A program made the position numbers and the translations under genes. A stretch of 63,737 nt of DNA, the filler included, from Choristocarpus tenellus KU-1152 (taxonomy: Eukaryota; Protista; Phaeophyceae): the NCBI GenBank assembly GCA_964200185.2. It is 7 parts of 7 records of this genome, joined end to end, with 100 filler letters (N's around TTAATTAATTAA, not from the genome) between each part and the next. Parts side by side here need not be neighbours in the genome. Positions count along the whole stretch, not along the records: positions 31,897 to 43,831 come from CAXNAD020002059.1; positions 43,932 to 52,744 come from CAXNAD020004302.1; 5 more parts are not named here. One strand, 5' to 3'. The notes below the pieces were generated by a model that was given only the letters and a program-made list of their open reading frames with translations, ran no database searches and was not told where the DNA came from. Below are positions 36,901 to 49,700 of the stretch, piece by piece (position 1 is the stretch's first letter; each line of letters begins with the position of its first letter).

Positions 36901-39900
36901 CTACTTAGAGTGAAAATACCTATCTTTTCTTCAGCTTGACAAATAATCAAACGTGCTCCAAGGCATGGTTCTTCTTTGAGATATCACTAATATGCGAGGA
37001 AGACAAGATGGTGTGACCGGAAATCGAAATAGTGAGTCTGACTCTTTCAAGTACTACATGACCACTCGCCATCTACCCTCTGGACTTGTCGAAACAATTT
37101 TGTGCACCAGTAATTAATGTTTTCCTCAGTCAGCCGATCTTCTTGATGTCTTCGACAAACCAACAAATGTGACTCTTGGTTCCCGTTCTAATGCTCTTCT
37201 CCCTTCTGGAGAAAGTGTCAGGATGTGGAGCACATTACTCTGAGGTGTGCACTTACCACATCTATGTGGTGATCCTCTCTGTCATGTGAGGTTGTTCAAA
37301 ATTCTACACGCCCCAAAACTAATTCAAGAAAACAGTTGTCCCCTCTTCACTTTAGTGGGAAAGTGAGCTGTTTCACTAGGTCAAGACATGAGCACAACAA
37401 AAGAAAAAAAGTTTTCCCATCTCCGGATCAAACCAAGCTGTGATACTAAATTTGTGACCCACTCCCCCTTCCCACTCCCTTTCCCTTCCACAAGTTCAAA
37501 CGGTTCCTTCGCAAACTTCGGACAGGACTGGGGCAAGACGATCAAGAGACCCTGCTACAAGTATTGATTGGGAGAGGGAAGGTTGTTTCTAGCAAGGGAA
37601 CAATAAAAAACAGGAGTAAAGAAAAGGGCATGAGCTCGATGGGTGATTTAGGGGAACGTAGGGGTGCCATATACAGGGACTTTCTTGAGCTCACTTTGAT
37701 TGATCAGGTAACTTGTATAGATAAATGCTCCCTTCTTGAAAGTTTTGCTCCTCTCTGTTAAACCCTATCATCCTTTGAAAACTTATCTATTTCTGCACTC
37801 CTAAGGAACTCTGATCTCTTGACCCGTGAGTGGATTAGTTGTTGATGTCTTGAAATGCCATGTATTCCATCATGATCTTGATCACCTCAAGATTTGAACA
37901 TTAATTTGTCTGCCCTCCCATTTTCCCACACACAGGCAAGTCAATGTATACGAGAGGTATCCAGAGTTGCATTATAAGGATGCTGCCAAATATCTACAAT
38001 ATTCGTATTATTTTTAAAAATGCGTATGGGATGTATTTTCCAAACAATAAGGAACTCGATGTTCTCAAGTCTAACCTAGCACTTCATCCATAGCAGTAAG
38101 GAGTGAATTGCAAAAGAGTAAGAAAGTGAAATACAATGCAAAACGGTCAAAACCCGGGTACCTCTCGTTCACTTTGGCTCACGATAATTATTTTGATATG
38201 GCCATCATCCCGTTTATTGTGTTCTGAACGATCTAAACCATGTCCATACTTTCACTAAACATTCCTTCCCCTGTCAAAAGCAGGAGTCCAAGGATATGAG
38301 CAAGCTCCATACTCAAATGGCACATGACCTTGAGCAGATGTCTGTAAGGTCAGCCGCCTCCCGGGTGCCAATAGGGCGTGGGGGAATAAGGGCTGACCCC
38401 TATGAGCTGGTCAGCAAGGCTATGTCCAAGTTCGATTTGGAGAAATCTGGCTTCATCAAGGTCTTGTTTCCCTCCTATACAAGTCATTTGTATGTATGAT
38501 GAATATTGACTTCTGCCTACGGCAATGACTGTAGTCTACTATATTCTTCATCACATATAATCAAGACATAGAGGGCAGAGAGGGTACAACCAACAGTTGC
38601 ACCTCAAGCATCAGGTTACATACATATCCATATATATATATATATCCATATTGTTCCTGGTGGACTGCTAGCAAAGAAACACATAGGAGATGCACGTAGT
38701 GTCTGCATTCGGTTGGGAGACCTCTCCAACTTGCTCGTAGCCAAAGTCGAAAACCTTGTGAATATGTATACACCATCAAAAGAGTCCATCATGCTGGCCT
38801 TTTATAGTACATCTTCTCCATTCCGGGCACTGGCAATGGCAGGTATCTGATTTCAAGCGCGCAATAGAAAAACTTGGAGTGGGAGGGCTGAACTCGAAAG
38901 AGAGGTCTCTCCTTGTCCACCGCTTTGATCCCCTTGAAGAAGGAAAGGTGCGTAGTCTTCTGCTTAAGTTTTTCTGGTCATGTGTGCTGTTGTGTATGCC
39001 CCACCTCCCCTGAGCTAACATTAGTTTGATCTTCATGTCACTTCGTTACCCTTGCTTTGAGTCCTTGTGTCTCATCTACAATTCATTTCTGAAGTGGCAA
39101 AGTTGACTACATGGTGACTATTTGGTGGTTTTGATCAGGAATTTTTGTTACAACTACTCCTCATAACAGTAGTATCTTCAGAGTCAAAGTATCTTAGAGG
39201 GTAGAGCCGCGTCCGTTTGGGGCATAAATCCAATGTTCCGATTTTGATGTAATTTTGGCTGTCGTGTTTGATAGGAAGTGTCAATATCTATCATGTTCCG
39301 GACACGCCTTTTCATAGTGTATACATTTTACCTACTCCGAAACATTTTGGAGTAGTAAAATGTCACAAAAACCTGTGGGAAGCCAAGCCCCAAACGGACA
39401 AACAGGACCAAACTCATACCCTTTAAGATACCTTCACTCTCTCTAGGATACAATAAGACCTTTAGATATTAGATATCAGACAAAGGAAAGATGGAGGTTC
39501 ATGAGGTATTAGTCTAAAGCATGCGAGGAAGATCACCAAGCATAACACAAAATTGATGCTGGCAAGGAAAACCATTTAGCTATCCTTTTCCTAATTCTAG
39601 GCATATCTACCCATTCACTCTACTCTGTTCTCCACTTGCACCGTCAGGTCAATCACGAAAGGTTCTGTGCCTGGCTTTCATCCGGTCTTGATGACATTCG
39701 CCTCCGTAACAAGCTGGTACATGTGATAGGTCTCCTAAGGATGCGAGGTCTCAAAGTGAGGAATATCTTTGATGCTCTAAATCAGGAGGAAGAGGGCATT
39801 GTCAGCCGGAGGGAAATGAAGGTACTTTACCTCCTACTCGAAGTTACTGTGCTTTATTAAATCATATTATCTACATCTCCGGCGATTTAATTTGCAGGTT

Positions 39901-42900
39901 TACAAATGCAAAGGTAAATATAACCAAAATCAGGGGGTCTCCCACGTGGAGTGAGTAGGTCTTCACGATAAGTTCAATATTGTCTCCTTGTTATCATTGG
40001 ATGAGCCAAGCTCAATCTCACATATTGACAACAAAATCTGACAGATAAATTTTTTTGGTGACGAAACAGAATTAGAAGTTGGGACTAGAGCATCCTGCCA
40101 TATCATTGGAGGCACCAAACTCCCCTGCACTAGATAGCTTCATGGAGTGTACATATTTGCAGTTGACAGTACTACTTGTCTGGACAGTTATTTGGATATT
40201 TGGGTATGTCTAGCATCCTTTGCAGGAATCCCAGCCTGAGTACTGGACCACCATCCTTTGACTGTGCAGGATCAGGTACTTTAAACCGATACAAAGTAGT
40301 AGACTGATGCATAACCTTGAATTGGTAGTCAATAAATCAAGGATCAGCAACACTCTTAGCACAGTTTCCTTGGAGATCTATTGCTATATGCAATAGGTGG
40401 GTGAGCATGATTACCCTCTTGTAAGCATGGAATCGCATTCAACAACCACCTTTTTTCCCACACAGTGCACGGCCTTGTCTTTTGTCACCCTAGTTGGCAC
40501 TTCGCAAGACTCTGGGACTACCCCTCACCGAAGGAGAGCTCAGATCAATATTTGGTAAGCTCGACAAGGTGAGGAGAAATTGTGTGGTTGGGTAGAGGAG
40601 GGAAAAATTAGGGTATGAAAAGGAAAAGATTGTGCACTTTCACAGAAAACAAAACAACTTTGAAGTAGCTGTTGTGGTGGGGTTTGAATTGGATGGTTCC
40701 CCACTTATACAATGTATCATCTTGTTGCAATTCAAAGTTTTGGTCAACAGCTTCTGGAGACATATCATGCCATTAGTTTGAATAGAGCTCAATGTATCTG
40801 TCGCGTATCTTGCAGTATGTTACAGACATAGTGGAGAAATTCTGGGCAGGAAGATTGAGCTCATTGAAACAGTACCTTTTTGAAAAAAGATCCGGATTTG
40901 CTATATATCAACTGAGTGACATCCACATTTATTAAATTATGAATGTACCCTCTGCGTTTTAGAGTCTGAAATCCATGCTTGAGCAAGGGTATTATTACAA
41001 TGTAGAGAGTAACACCACGGGCAGTATTGCTGAAGGTCCTAGAGCATGCATCATACCCCTCAATTTCTCCCCTGCTTACTTAAGTTGCCATTCCTAGGCC
41101 GCTTCATAATTCTTACTGGGTTTAAGTTCAATTTCTCGCATCATCTCTCTCCCCCACTTGGAGGGCAGAGTGGTGATGGTATGGTGGACTTTGAAGAGTT
41201 CTTAGAGCTTTGTTCAGGAGGGAAGAAAGGAGAGGGTCAGAAGGAGAGAAGAAGATCCTCTGGGAGGGGAAAGGGGAGGACATCAGAGGAAATCAGTGAG
41301 GGAGATGGGATAGAGAATGAGGAGAGCAGTGATGATAGTGAGGGTCATGAGGGGCGTGCAAAACGTGGCTTGCTGTCCAAGCTGAAGAAGAAGGTGACAG
41401 GAGAAGAAATAGACCAAGCTCATTTGCAGATAGTGTACGCAGAATAATCAGATAGGTACATAGAGTAACAACTTGAGGGGGTCAAGGAAGTGATGATGGC
41501 TTTGTAGGTTATGAAGTACTCCTAATACTTGAGTTCTGTATACATATGACAACACCATGCTTCCGACCCTTACACTTAGAGGGGACCTTCCCTTAAGTAG
41601 TAGTAAGATTTGGGATTGTAAGGGATGATTTGGGTTAATGGCAGAGTTATTTTGGAGACTAGTTGAGGAGGGATGGTTGAGGTCTTTGAAGGGGTAAGAC
41701 AGGAGCGAAACAGGAATTTTGTGGCAGGAGAGAGACTGGCAGATTAGAGAGGGGATATGTTCATTTGTATGACACCACCATATTTCTTCTAAGTGGAATC
41801 AAATGTGCACGTAAAGTAGGTACCAGCATCGCAATCTTCGAATTGCATGCCTTATGGGTATTAGCTGCTACTGACACTGGCGCTACTCCCCTGAAAAAGA
41901 TGAGTAGACTCCACATGTACCCTCCACTGAAGTAGTACCCAACACAAGTAGTCAGCACAATTCATGGTTAAACAAAAGGTGCAGTACTTCGTATTTTCTT
42001 CAGTCAGAAGGCGGTGCCAACCATTTTATATATTTTTAATGATCATAACAAGACTGAGGATGGTAGGGGATGTTGTGGGGCATGCAGGAAACCCTTCTGG
42101 TGTGATTGCTACTTCTTTGTATAATGCCATCTATCCCGTCAACCTTGTATATACAGATATAATATTGTTACTATTAATCCCATTAGGATTACTTCTAGTT
42201 CACCTTTATTATCTATAGTGGTATTTGAAATTCCTACCCCCTTCAAGGCCCAAGTTTGGAAGAAGAAACACTGATAGGGCATAGCTTCAAGCTGAATGAA
42301 AGTCTCTTAGAGGGTACGAGTTTTGCCCTGTTTGTCCATTTGGGGCTTGGCTTCCCATTGGTTCTTTTATGACATTTTTCTAGTCCAAAATGTTTAGGAG
42401 TAGGTAGAGTGTATGTTATGAAAAGTTGTGTCCGAAACATAGATATTGACATTTCCTAACAAACATGATAGCCAATATTACATCAAAATCGCAACATTGG
42501 ATTTTAACCCTAAATGGACACGGCTCTACCCCCTAAGATACTTTGGCTCAGCTTCCAACCCCTTCTAAAACTACAGTTGAAACCTATATACTTTTTGCAA
42601 GGGTACTGCTCTGATCAAGAGATCCCCTTCAAAAGCAAGACGGAGTGACCATGTTCGTGGCAAGGGACATGATGATAACAGCAGTGAGTGCAGTGAGGAC
42701 AGAAACAACTCGAAGAACAAAGGCAGTGGTAATAATGAGGAGGTTGAAGAGGATGATGAGAACGATACAGGTCGAAAATCAAGGAAGTGGAAGAAAGAAA
42801 AAGCAAGGAAGAATGACGTCAATGTTGAAGGCAGGGGTCACAATCGAAGCCACAGTCAAGGTCACAGCCGCAGCAGAAGCCATAGTCGTGTTGGGAAAAG

Positions 42901-43517
42901 GAGCAGTAGTTCGTCAAGGCTGCGCAGGTGTGTACTGCAGAGAAGTGTCACTGAGAGGTGATGGAGGTGGTGTGCCATGAGTCTATGGGAAAATGCTCTA
43001 AGCCTTTTGGAAAAAGGGATGACTCCAAGATCTGAATTTATGGACTGCTCACTCTCTCCCCGTAGCTGCTAGGTTTATTATTCAAAGTTTTTCGAAGGTA
43101 CTTCCAACCTATACTGCTCTTTACAAATTTGATGTCATTCTTATTCTGAGAAAGTAATGGCATCGTCTCTTCTGGATCAGATACCGAAAAGAGGAATATT
43201 GAAGTGTCCCTACACTTTGCAATTGCTCTCTTCTGTAGGCTCTAGCGTTTAAGTTATGTTGTTCTCCCCCCAACTATACCCACCTTGGCTAGTTGGACTG
43301 TCCTCAAAATTTTCACAGATCGAACAGGGAGATCATCAGACTCCAGTCTTTGATAAGGGATCAGGCCGCTGCAGCTGCCTCTACAGATTCAGGAGATGAG
43401 GCTACTACTAGGGAGGGTAGGGGTCATCTGCCGGACTGGCTTGCATTGTGTGAGAGGCAGGACAAAGAGGGCTCAGGAAAAATAACAACAGAAGACCTCA
43501 AGGAGCTTCTCAATCAG
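32082..43517 (+). CDS. Large multi-EF-hand calcium-binding protein, internal part (both ends missing)
   Basis: Phase-consistent exons: 32082-32127 (tentative), 33477-33614, ~34396-34613, 36497-36620, 37495-37707, 38284-38460, 38843-38947, 39648-39821, 40494-40568, 41169-41393, 42602-42927, 43319-43517. EF loops form across splice junctions: DLEKSGFIK|VSDF, DPLEEGK|VNHERF, NQEEEGIVSRREM, DK|SGDGMVDFEEF and DKEGSGKITTEDL. Confidence 0.85.
32447..32706 (+). mobile_element. MITE family B copy
   Basis: Family B body; flanked by CAAT/CAAT. Confidence 0.9.
34821..34997 (+). mobile_element. MITE family A copy
   Basis: Family A TIRs; ATT/ATT TSD. Confidence 0.9.
35950..36195 (-). mobile_element. MITE family B copy
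   Basis: Reverse-complement family B; TTT/TTT flanks. Confidence 0.9.
37938..38180 (+). mobile_element. MITE family D copy
   Basis: Ends with CCCGGGTACCTCTCGTTCACTTTGGCTC; body shared with 3703-3955. Confidence 0.75.
39181..39439 (+). mobile_element. MITE family B copy
   Basis: GAGTCAAAGTATCTTAGAGGGTA ... TACCCTTTAAGATACCTTCACTC. Confidence 0.9.
42294..42549 (-). mobile_element. MITE family B copy
   Basis: Reverse-complement family B; AGCT/AGCT flanks. Confidence 0.9.
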
Positions 43518-43788
43518 GTGCTTTGCTTCTAGATATCCATTTTTTATCTGGTGTTTGGAAGGCTGAATATTCTACACTGAGCTGTAGTTCACAAGTAGCA
43601 CCTACCCGCCCACTCTTCGTCCCCTCCTCTATCCTTCAAATCCTTCAATTAGGAATGAGGTCACTTTTTGAAAATACACACTATGTGGCGTGTGTGGTTG
43701 CATATGTAGCTCCTTCTTTGAATACATATTCTATGAAGTACTGCACTGATGACTTATTGGGTCAAAGTACCTGGGGGGGGGAGGGGGG

Positions 43789-43829
<41 letters not shown>

Positions 43830-43831
43830 CG

Positions 43832-43931
43832 NNNNNNNNNNNNNNNNNNNNNNNNNNNNNNNNNNNNNNNNNNNNTTAATTAATTAANNNNNNNNNNNNN
43901 NNNNNNNNNNNNNNNNNNNNNNNNNNNNNNN
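43832..43931. other. Artificial contig linker
   Basis: N44-TTAATTAATTAA-N44. Confidence 0.98.
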
Positions 43932-44844
43932 CCACCCCCCTCATTTTTCCCATCATCAAGCCCTTCCATGCCAAGGGTGTGGTAGCGAGCCCTTGCTTGG
44001 TGGTCCTGCAGGATCTGATAGGCCTCGGAGACACGTTTGAACAGCTCCTTCCGAAAGGCATTGGAGTAGGTGGAAGAAGAGGCAGAAAGTATCATACTAG
44101 TGTTGATCCACTAAAAATATGCCACACAAGGATGAGGGGGGAAGCAACAACCAGCGTATATAATCACTTATCACTCTCACCTCTGCCTTAGCATCCCCAG
44201 GATTTTTGTCTGGATGGTGCTTGACAGCCAGCCTATAATAAGCCTTCTTGATTTCCCTGAAAAAAAAAAACATTATTGGATCACTCACTATGCTTTCGAA
44301 GACAATAACCTGTTGGATGTCAATCATTTATGCACCCCCCTGCCCTTTTAGGGCATGGACATATAGGATCATTTCTTTATTGTGTAGAAAATAAAATGTT
44401 AGAGCCAGGGTTGGCCATCGAGAAAGGAAAAGTGATGTCCTGCTTGTGATCCCATTCACAACAAACATGTATCCATTGCGGTGGGAAGGGGGTGGAGATT
44501 GAGCAAGGTAACAGGAAAATGAAACGGAAAACAAGCGGTATTGAGAATTACTACACACATCTCGGCACGCTTCACCTGCTCGAAGCCCCCCAGTATACTT
44601 CAAGTTCATCGTACAACAAGGTATCACGGGGTGGACACATAGAGTATGCAGGGGTCTCACTCCCTGCCCCACCCCCACCAGATCCTCTCCCATCACCTGA
44701 CCCAACGCCAGCCCTTCCCCCCCCCTTCATCCCCGCCCCTTGTCCCGCTTGACTTCGACCGCTGCTGGGGGTGTATGCTATGGTCAAGGTTGGACATAGG
44801 ATTAGCAACAAGCCAAGAGTTGCTGCCAACACCCCACACCTCAT
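43932..44844 (-). CDS. DnaJ/Hsp40 J-domain protein with N-terminal signal peptide, 3' truncated
   Basis: Exons 44844-44576, 44256-44181, 44047-43932. Product: [23 protein letters not shown], a Gly-rich linker, then [54 protein letters not shown] (HPD motif). Confidence 0.92.
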
Positions 44845-46711
44845 TGAACGCTGTGGTCTCCTTGCCGAAAGAAACTGGTATAGTCGAGAGAGATGTTAGC
44901 AATGAGATCAAAATTGGTTCTATGTGTTATTTAGTGTTAGTGTAGAGTCTGTGGGAGTGATTTGGTGCCTGTGCCATAACTAGTAACAGCCTGGTTGTTG
45001 TGGTTGGTGTTGACTATCAACACTGGCTTGGGCCCCATTGTCTCGGCTGGGAATTCAATAGAAGCGTGAGTTGAGATTCAGCTAGAGCTTTGATACGACC
45101 AATGGAGGACAAGGACTGTGGTCCCATCTGAAAATAATGGACACGGGGGTGGAATACTAAACAATCCTGAGATGTAATGAATTGGTCAGTTTGTCACCAG
45201 CCCTGACACTGCACCATTGCTTCCCCCCAGTCAAACATCATTAACCGGGTCACTATTGAGGAGTAGGGTAGTGGGATATTGATATATCACCTTATTCTTG
45301 AATGTGGCCCTTGGAGGGCCGCTGTACGTCTGACCTCGTTGTAGTTCCTTCATTGCCTTTATTGCGAGTGCGGTACCAGAACGCCCCAAGTCTAGCTGTC
45401 TGCAATACTTTTGCTCTGGGGTCGGTGCTGTCACAAACATATGCTTGGAAAACATCAAGTGGTTGTTAATCGTCCATTTGATTGTTGAAACTGGTTATCT
45501 GGAGGGATAGGTGTATAGTAGTAGTGTGATTCGCGATCTGCTTTCTTTTGAAATGCAAATGCTTTCGGGAAGATTCAAGGCTGCCCAAAAACTCCGCAGA
45601 TTTACCAGCACCTCTAACTAATATGTTCTCTGACCTCTTGCTACTTTCTGCATCCTCCCCGCCATGGAATTGAGTAGAGTCTCAAAACCAGGTACAACAG
45701 AGAGTAGTAAGAGAGTAGTAGAAGTAGTTTCCATGTGAAACTTGTCAAAACCTGGGAGGGATTGATTGTTCCTGGCAAAATTCTTCTTTTTCTGCAACTT
45801 ACCATTTTTTGAGACGAATAATGAAGATTGATGTCACCAACACCACAAGATATTTTGGATAAGTCCAGACTGCAAATAGTCGTGGCTGTATGTATACTTG
45901 AGCCGGAATATTTCGTGTTGTCATGTGCTTAGAGGCAAGGTTGATCAGCCATCAGGAACTTTGCTCTGTTGGAGTTTACGATCTTGCAGAAATTGCCTGT
46001 GTGTGGTTGGATATTGGAGGGATCTTGTCCGAGAGACCCACCACGATCGACTAGAGAATTCCATCGACCATAACCCCTACGGTCCCCCTCCCCCAAGAAG
46101 GCAACAAGAAATTTTCCCTGTATTCAAAAGAAGAGACTGTTATTGACTCTACGTAATCCTTATATCCTTCTGTATGCTGAAGGTTGAAGAAGAGGAATAG
46201 TTTAGCTGTACCCTCAGCGAAAGACACACGTTTGGGTCGGGCAAGAGGAGCCTTTCACCAACACAAGCTAGAACAGGTGAAGATTGTTTAAAGTCTGGGG
46301 ATGCTGTTTATATAACTCATGGGGGTCCAATAAGGCATACAGGGTAGCTTTGTACTATCGTCACAGAATATAGGACTTGGAGGTTAGGGAAGTCAGGACG
46401 TGTGAGCTCAGGACTTGATCCAACGCAACAAGGGCGTGGGGAGAAGAAGCAGGGAGCAAGAAGGTCTGACAAAAGAAAGAGGTGTTTCCGGTTACTTGAC
46501 TCACTTCATTAATTTCTTATTGCACGGTCATCAAGATAGTAGTCTAGCTGTCCAGGTGACAGGATCACAAGTACAAGAAGCGCGGGGTTAGGGGAGGATT
46601 GGTGCAAGGGAAGAGGTGAAGATCAAGGTGCACCTGGTAGAGGGTTGGGGAGGGAAATCGCTAGGAAGAAGACGACCCAATTCTGAGTCACTTTAACACT
46701 CTCCCTTGGAG

Positions 46712-49700
46712 ATGCAGATGGAGGAGGATGCATCTGGCGCGCACATGGCACAAAGATGCAACCTCTGCTGGCAGGTGATCGAATTCCCACCTCAAAATCA
46801 ACGAGATTGTGTTGCACCAGCACACTCTTACTAATCAATGTGGATTAGTCATTAGTGTACTTGTGAATACGTCGTGCGGCATTAACTCATCAACGCCTCG
46901 TTGAGTTCCACCCTAATTTCCTCGCTCCTTCCTATCCATCCCTGTAAGGCTGTAACTCGCCTTGTACTCAGCGCGTTACCCATCCTCAAAGTAGTACCGT
47001 TCATTTTGCACTCAAACGGCTGGGAGACGTTGAGAGAGTCTATGGCAAACACAGAACAAAGGTAGAAAATCAACTGTTTGAGTCAACAGAGAGATGAAAT
47101 CACAAACATGTCGTTGTCCTATTCATCCACATTGAGGACCCCATACACTCTCGTTGCTTCAATGTCCAACTTCCTGTCCTAAGTTTTTTCCTCCTTCCGC
47201 ACAAAACTAAGCCACATACAGCACAGCTAGATCCAATCCTAGCACCGATCCTTGACTACTTTTGCATTCACAATTGCTCTACAGTAGTAACCACTTGCCT
47301 AGGCCTCCAAATCAATAGATAGCTCACAAGCACTATCCAATTTTGAACCCTCATGCCAAAGCAAAACAACAAACTGGTCAATTGATGATGGGATGTAGCC
47401 CATGACGAAAGCTTGCTCAAATACTTGAGTTTGTTATCCTCTTCAAAAGAATTACCATCATAAATGCTCTATTTTTCCTCTGCATCTACTCCATAGCCCG
47501 ATCTGAACAATGATTAAACTATGGTACTAGTAGTACAAGCCAGCATAGCAAAACGAGAACACCAGCGCATGTTCCCTCGTCAGTGAGTGAAGCTGGGGGA
47601 GGTTATGTTATTACACATTGCTATAATAGCATTGTATGCAACCTGCTTGGTGCCTAGAGCTATCCAAGAATCTAAGAGCCTTCCTGAGTCCTCTTTAGTT
47701 CGTCTTTGATGGATAGATCATCTATCATGCTGGATCATCATGACAGCTTCACTATCCATCAGGTTGCTGGAAGGACTCAGTGTACTGCTTCTATATAACC
47801 CACATTATTCCATTCCTCACTCAACACACTCTGGAGTACTCCAAAATGTAAGAGTAATAGTGTGTAGAACAAGTTACTCTTTCTGTTGTGGCTTATGAGG
47901 ATTGACCATTTGGCTACTCACCCACACATACGGGCACACTAGAATGTACACGATACTCAAGCATCTGTCTTGTGGAATAAGCACCTTCCTCGTGCTTGCT
48001 TGCCTACCATTTCACTTAGAATCGTGTTCTAAAGCATCCACATTCTATTTCAATGTTCTAATCTCTACCATTAGGAGGCCAACGGTGCTTGTTTCCGCAC
48101 ACTATGTGGGCATCTGTTTTGCGAGGCATGTGCTTTTGGGCACTTTGGGCAGAACCAGACCTGCCCCTCCTGCGGGGCTAAGCTCAATGAGGCTGACATC
48201 AGTGACCTCACAGTCGGGCTGGAGCCTGTAGCACAATTCCAGAAGATGATTTTCCAGGCATGCATATGGCACATATTGTCAGGCAGTTTTTTTCATGAAC
48301 CTCAAGTGATAATATAGTTGAGGTCGTAAAGGCATTCTATTTGTTCATTGTGACATACAACCGTTTTTTTGTTGCATGTATGTTGTGTCTTACAGAAGTA
48401 ATTTATATGCCCTCTACTCCATCTCTCCGAATGACTCGATAAATTATAACACATCAGATTCTTCAAAGCAGCCAACCCAATGTTATACCAAACATTGACT
48501 AAGTTCATGGATAATATTGTGGGTGTAAAGATAGTTCATTTGTCCACTCGACAGGGATAAGAAGCAGAAAAACTGGGATATTTAGCTCATTGAGGGACCA
48601 GTTAGAGTAAATCACCTTGTTTGTGTTAGGGAACTTCAATTCAAATGATAAAATATGGTTGGCCTCTTCACCTGGAAAGATCAGTATCAACTTCAAAATT
48701 AGCACCACTGGGAGTATTCTCACAAAGTGTTCTTATATGAATCAAGGTGATATCATTTGTGCACAACTTGAGGTAACTCTTTCATTCTCTCATTTGACTG
48801 TATGAAGCTGGTGATAGTACACATGCGCATATTGTTGCCTCTTTGTTTGCTTAATCCCACAGCACTCTGAGGTTCATTTAGATTCAAAAATGGAATCAAG
48901 GGGTTGTTAAACATGACATGTGCGTATGTGTTTCTAGGGGCTAAAGGAGAATTGAAGCGTACAATTAGTTGAAGTTTGGAGTGTGGGTTGGGAGTAATAA
49001 TGCACTGTCATTGTTTGCATTTTGTCGTATTCAACTGGTATACTTTATGAACTGCAACACCCTGCTGTCGAACTCATGCACCCTCATACACTCATGCTTG
49101 GGCACACGCACTAGCAGGAGATCTACAAAGATCCTGACTACCGCAGTGTGAGTCAAGCGGTAGTTCGAACAGCCATGGCCCTCCACGAATCAGTAGCTTT
49201 TGTTCTGGCCCAGCTCACAATGGAAGGGCAACGTGTTGCTGCAGCGGAGGGAACCTTGACAGCAGAGCTATCTAAGCAGAGGCATGAGAATGGCCGACTG
49301 ACAATGCAGGTCAGAGCTCACTGATACCTTTTTGGTGGGGTAATAGCGAACAAAAAGGGGGGGAGGGGGCTGGGCCAAGCTTTTGGTCCAATGTCTAGCC
49401 TCCCACTCCCAGACAGATGTCAAGTCACTCAGCTTGTTTCAACTGCTACCCTTGGGGAGGGGGTGGGATATTTGGAGAGACCCTACCTCCAACAAGTCTC
49501 ACATCCACTGATTCTTAAGCCCTAGATTTGAGAAGCTTGCTTCAATTACTTTACTTCAAGTGTAGAGAAAAGTCATAGTTTCAAGCATTGATTCAACTAA
49601 CATTTTGTAGGAACTAAACTCATGTTGCAGTTGAGGACACAGGCCGCCACACTGGACCAGAAGCTCAGAGAGGCCGAACACAAGCTTAGAATCAAAGAAA

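Noticed and set aside
46138-46275. Short TGTT...AACA LTR candidate
   Set aside because: No second copy, no PBS and no TSD.
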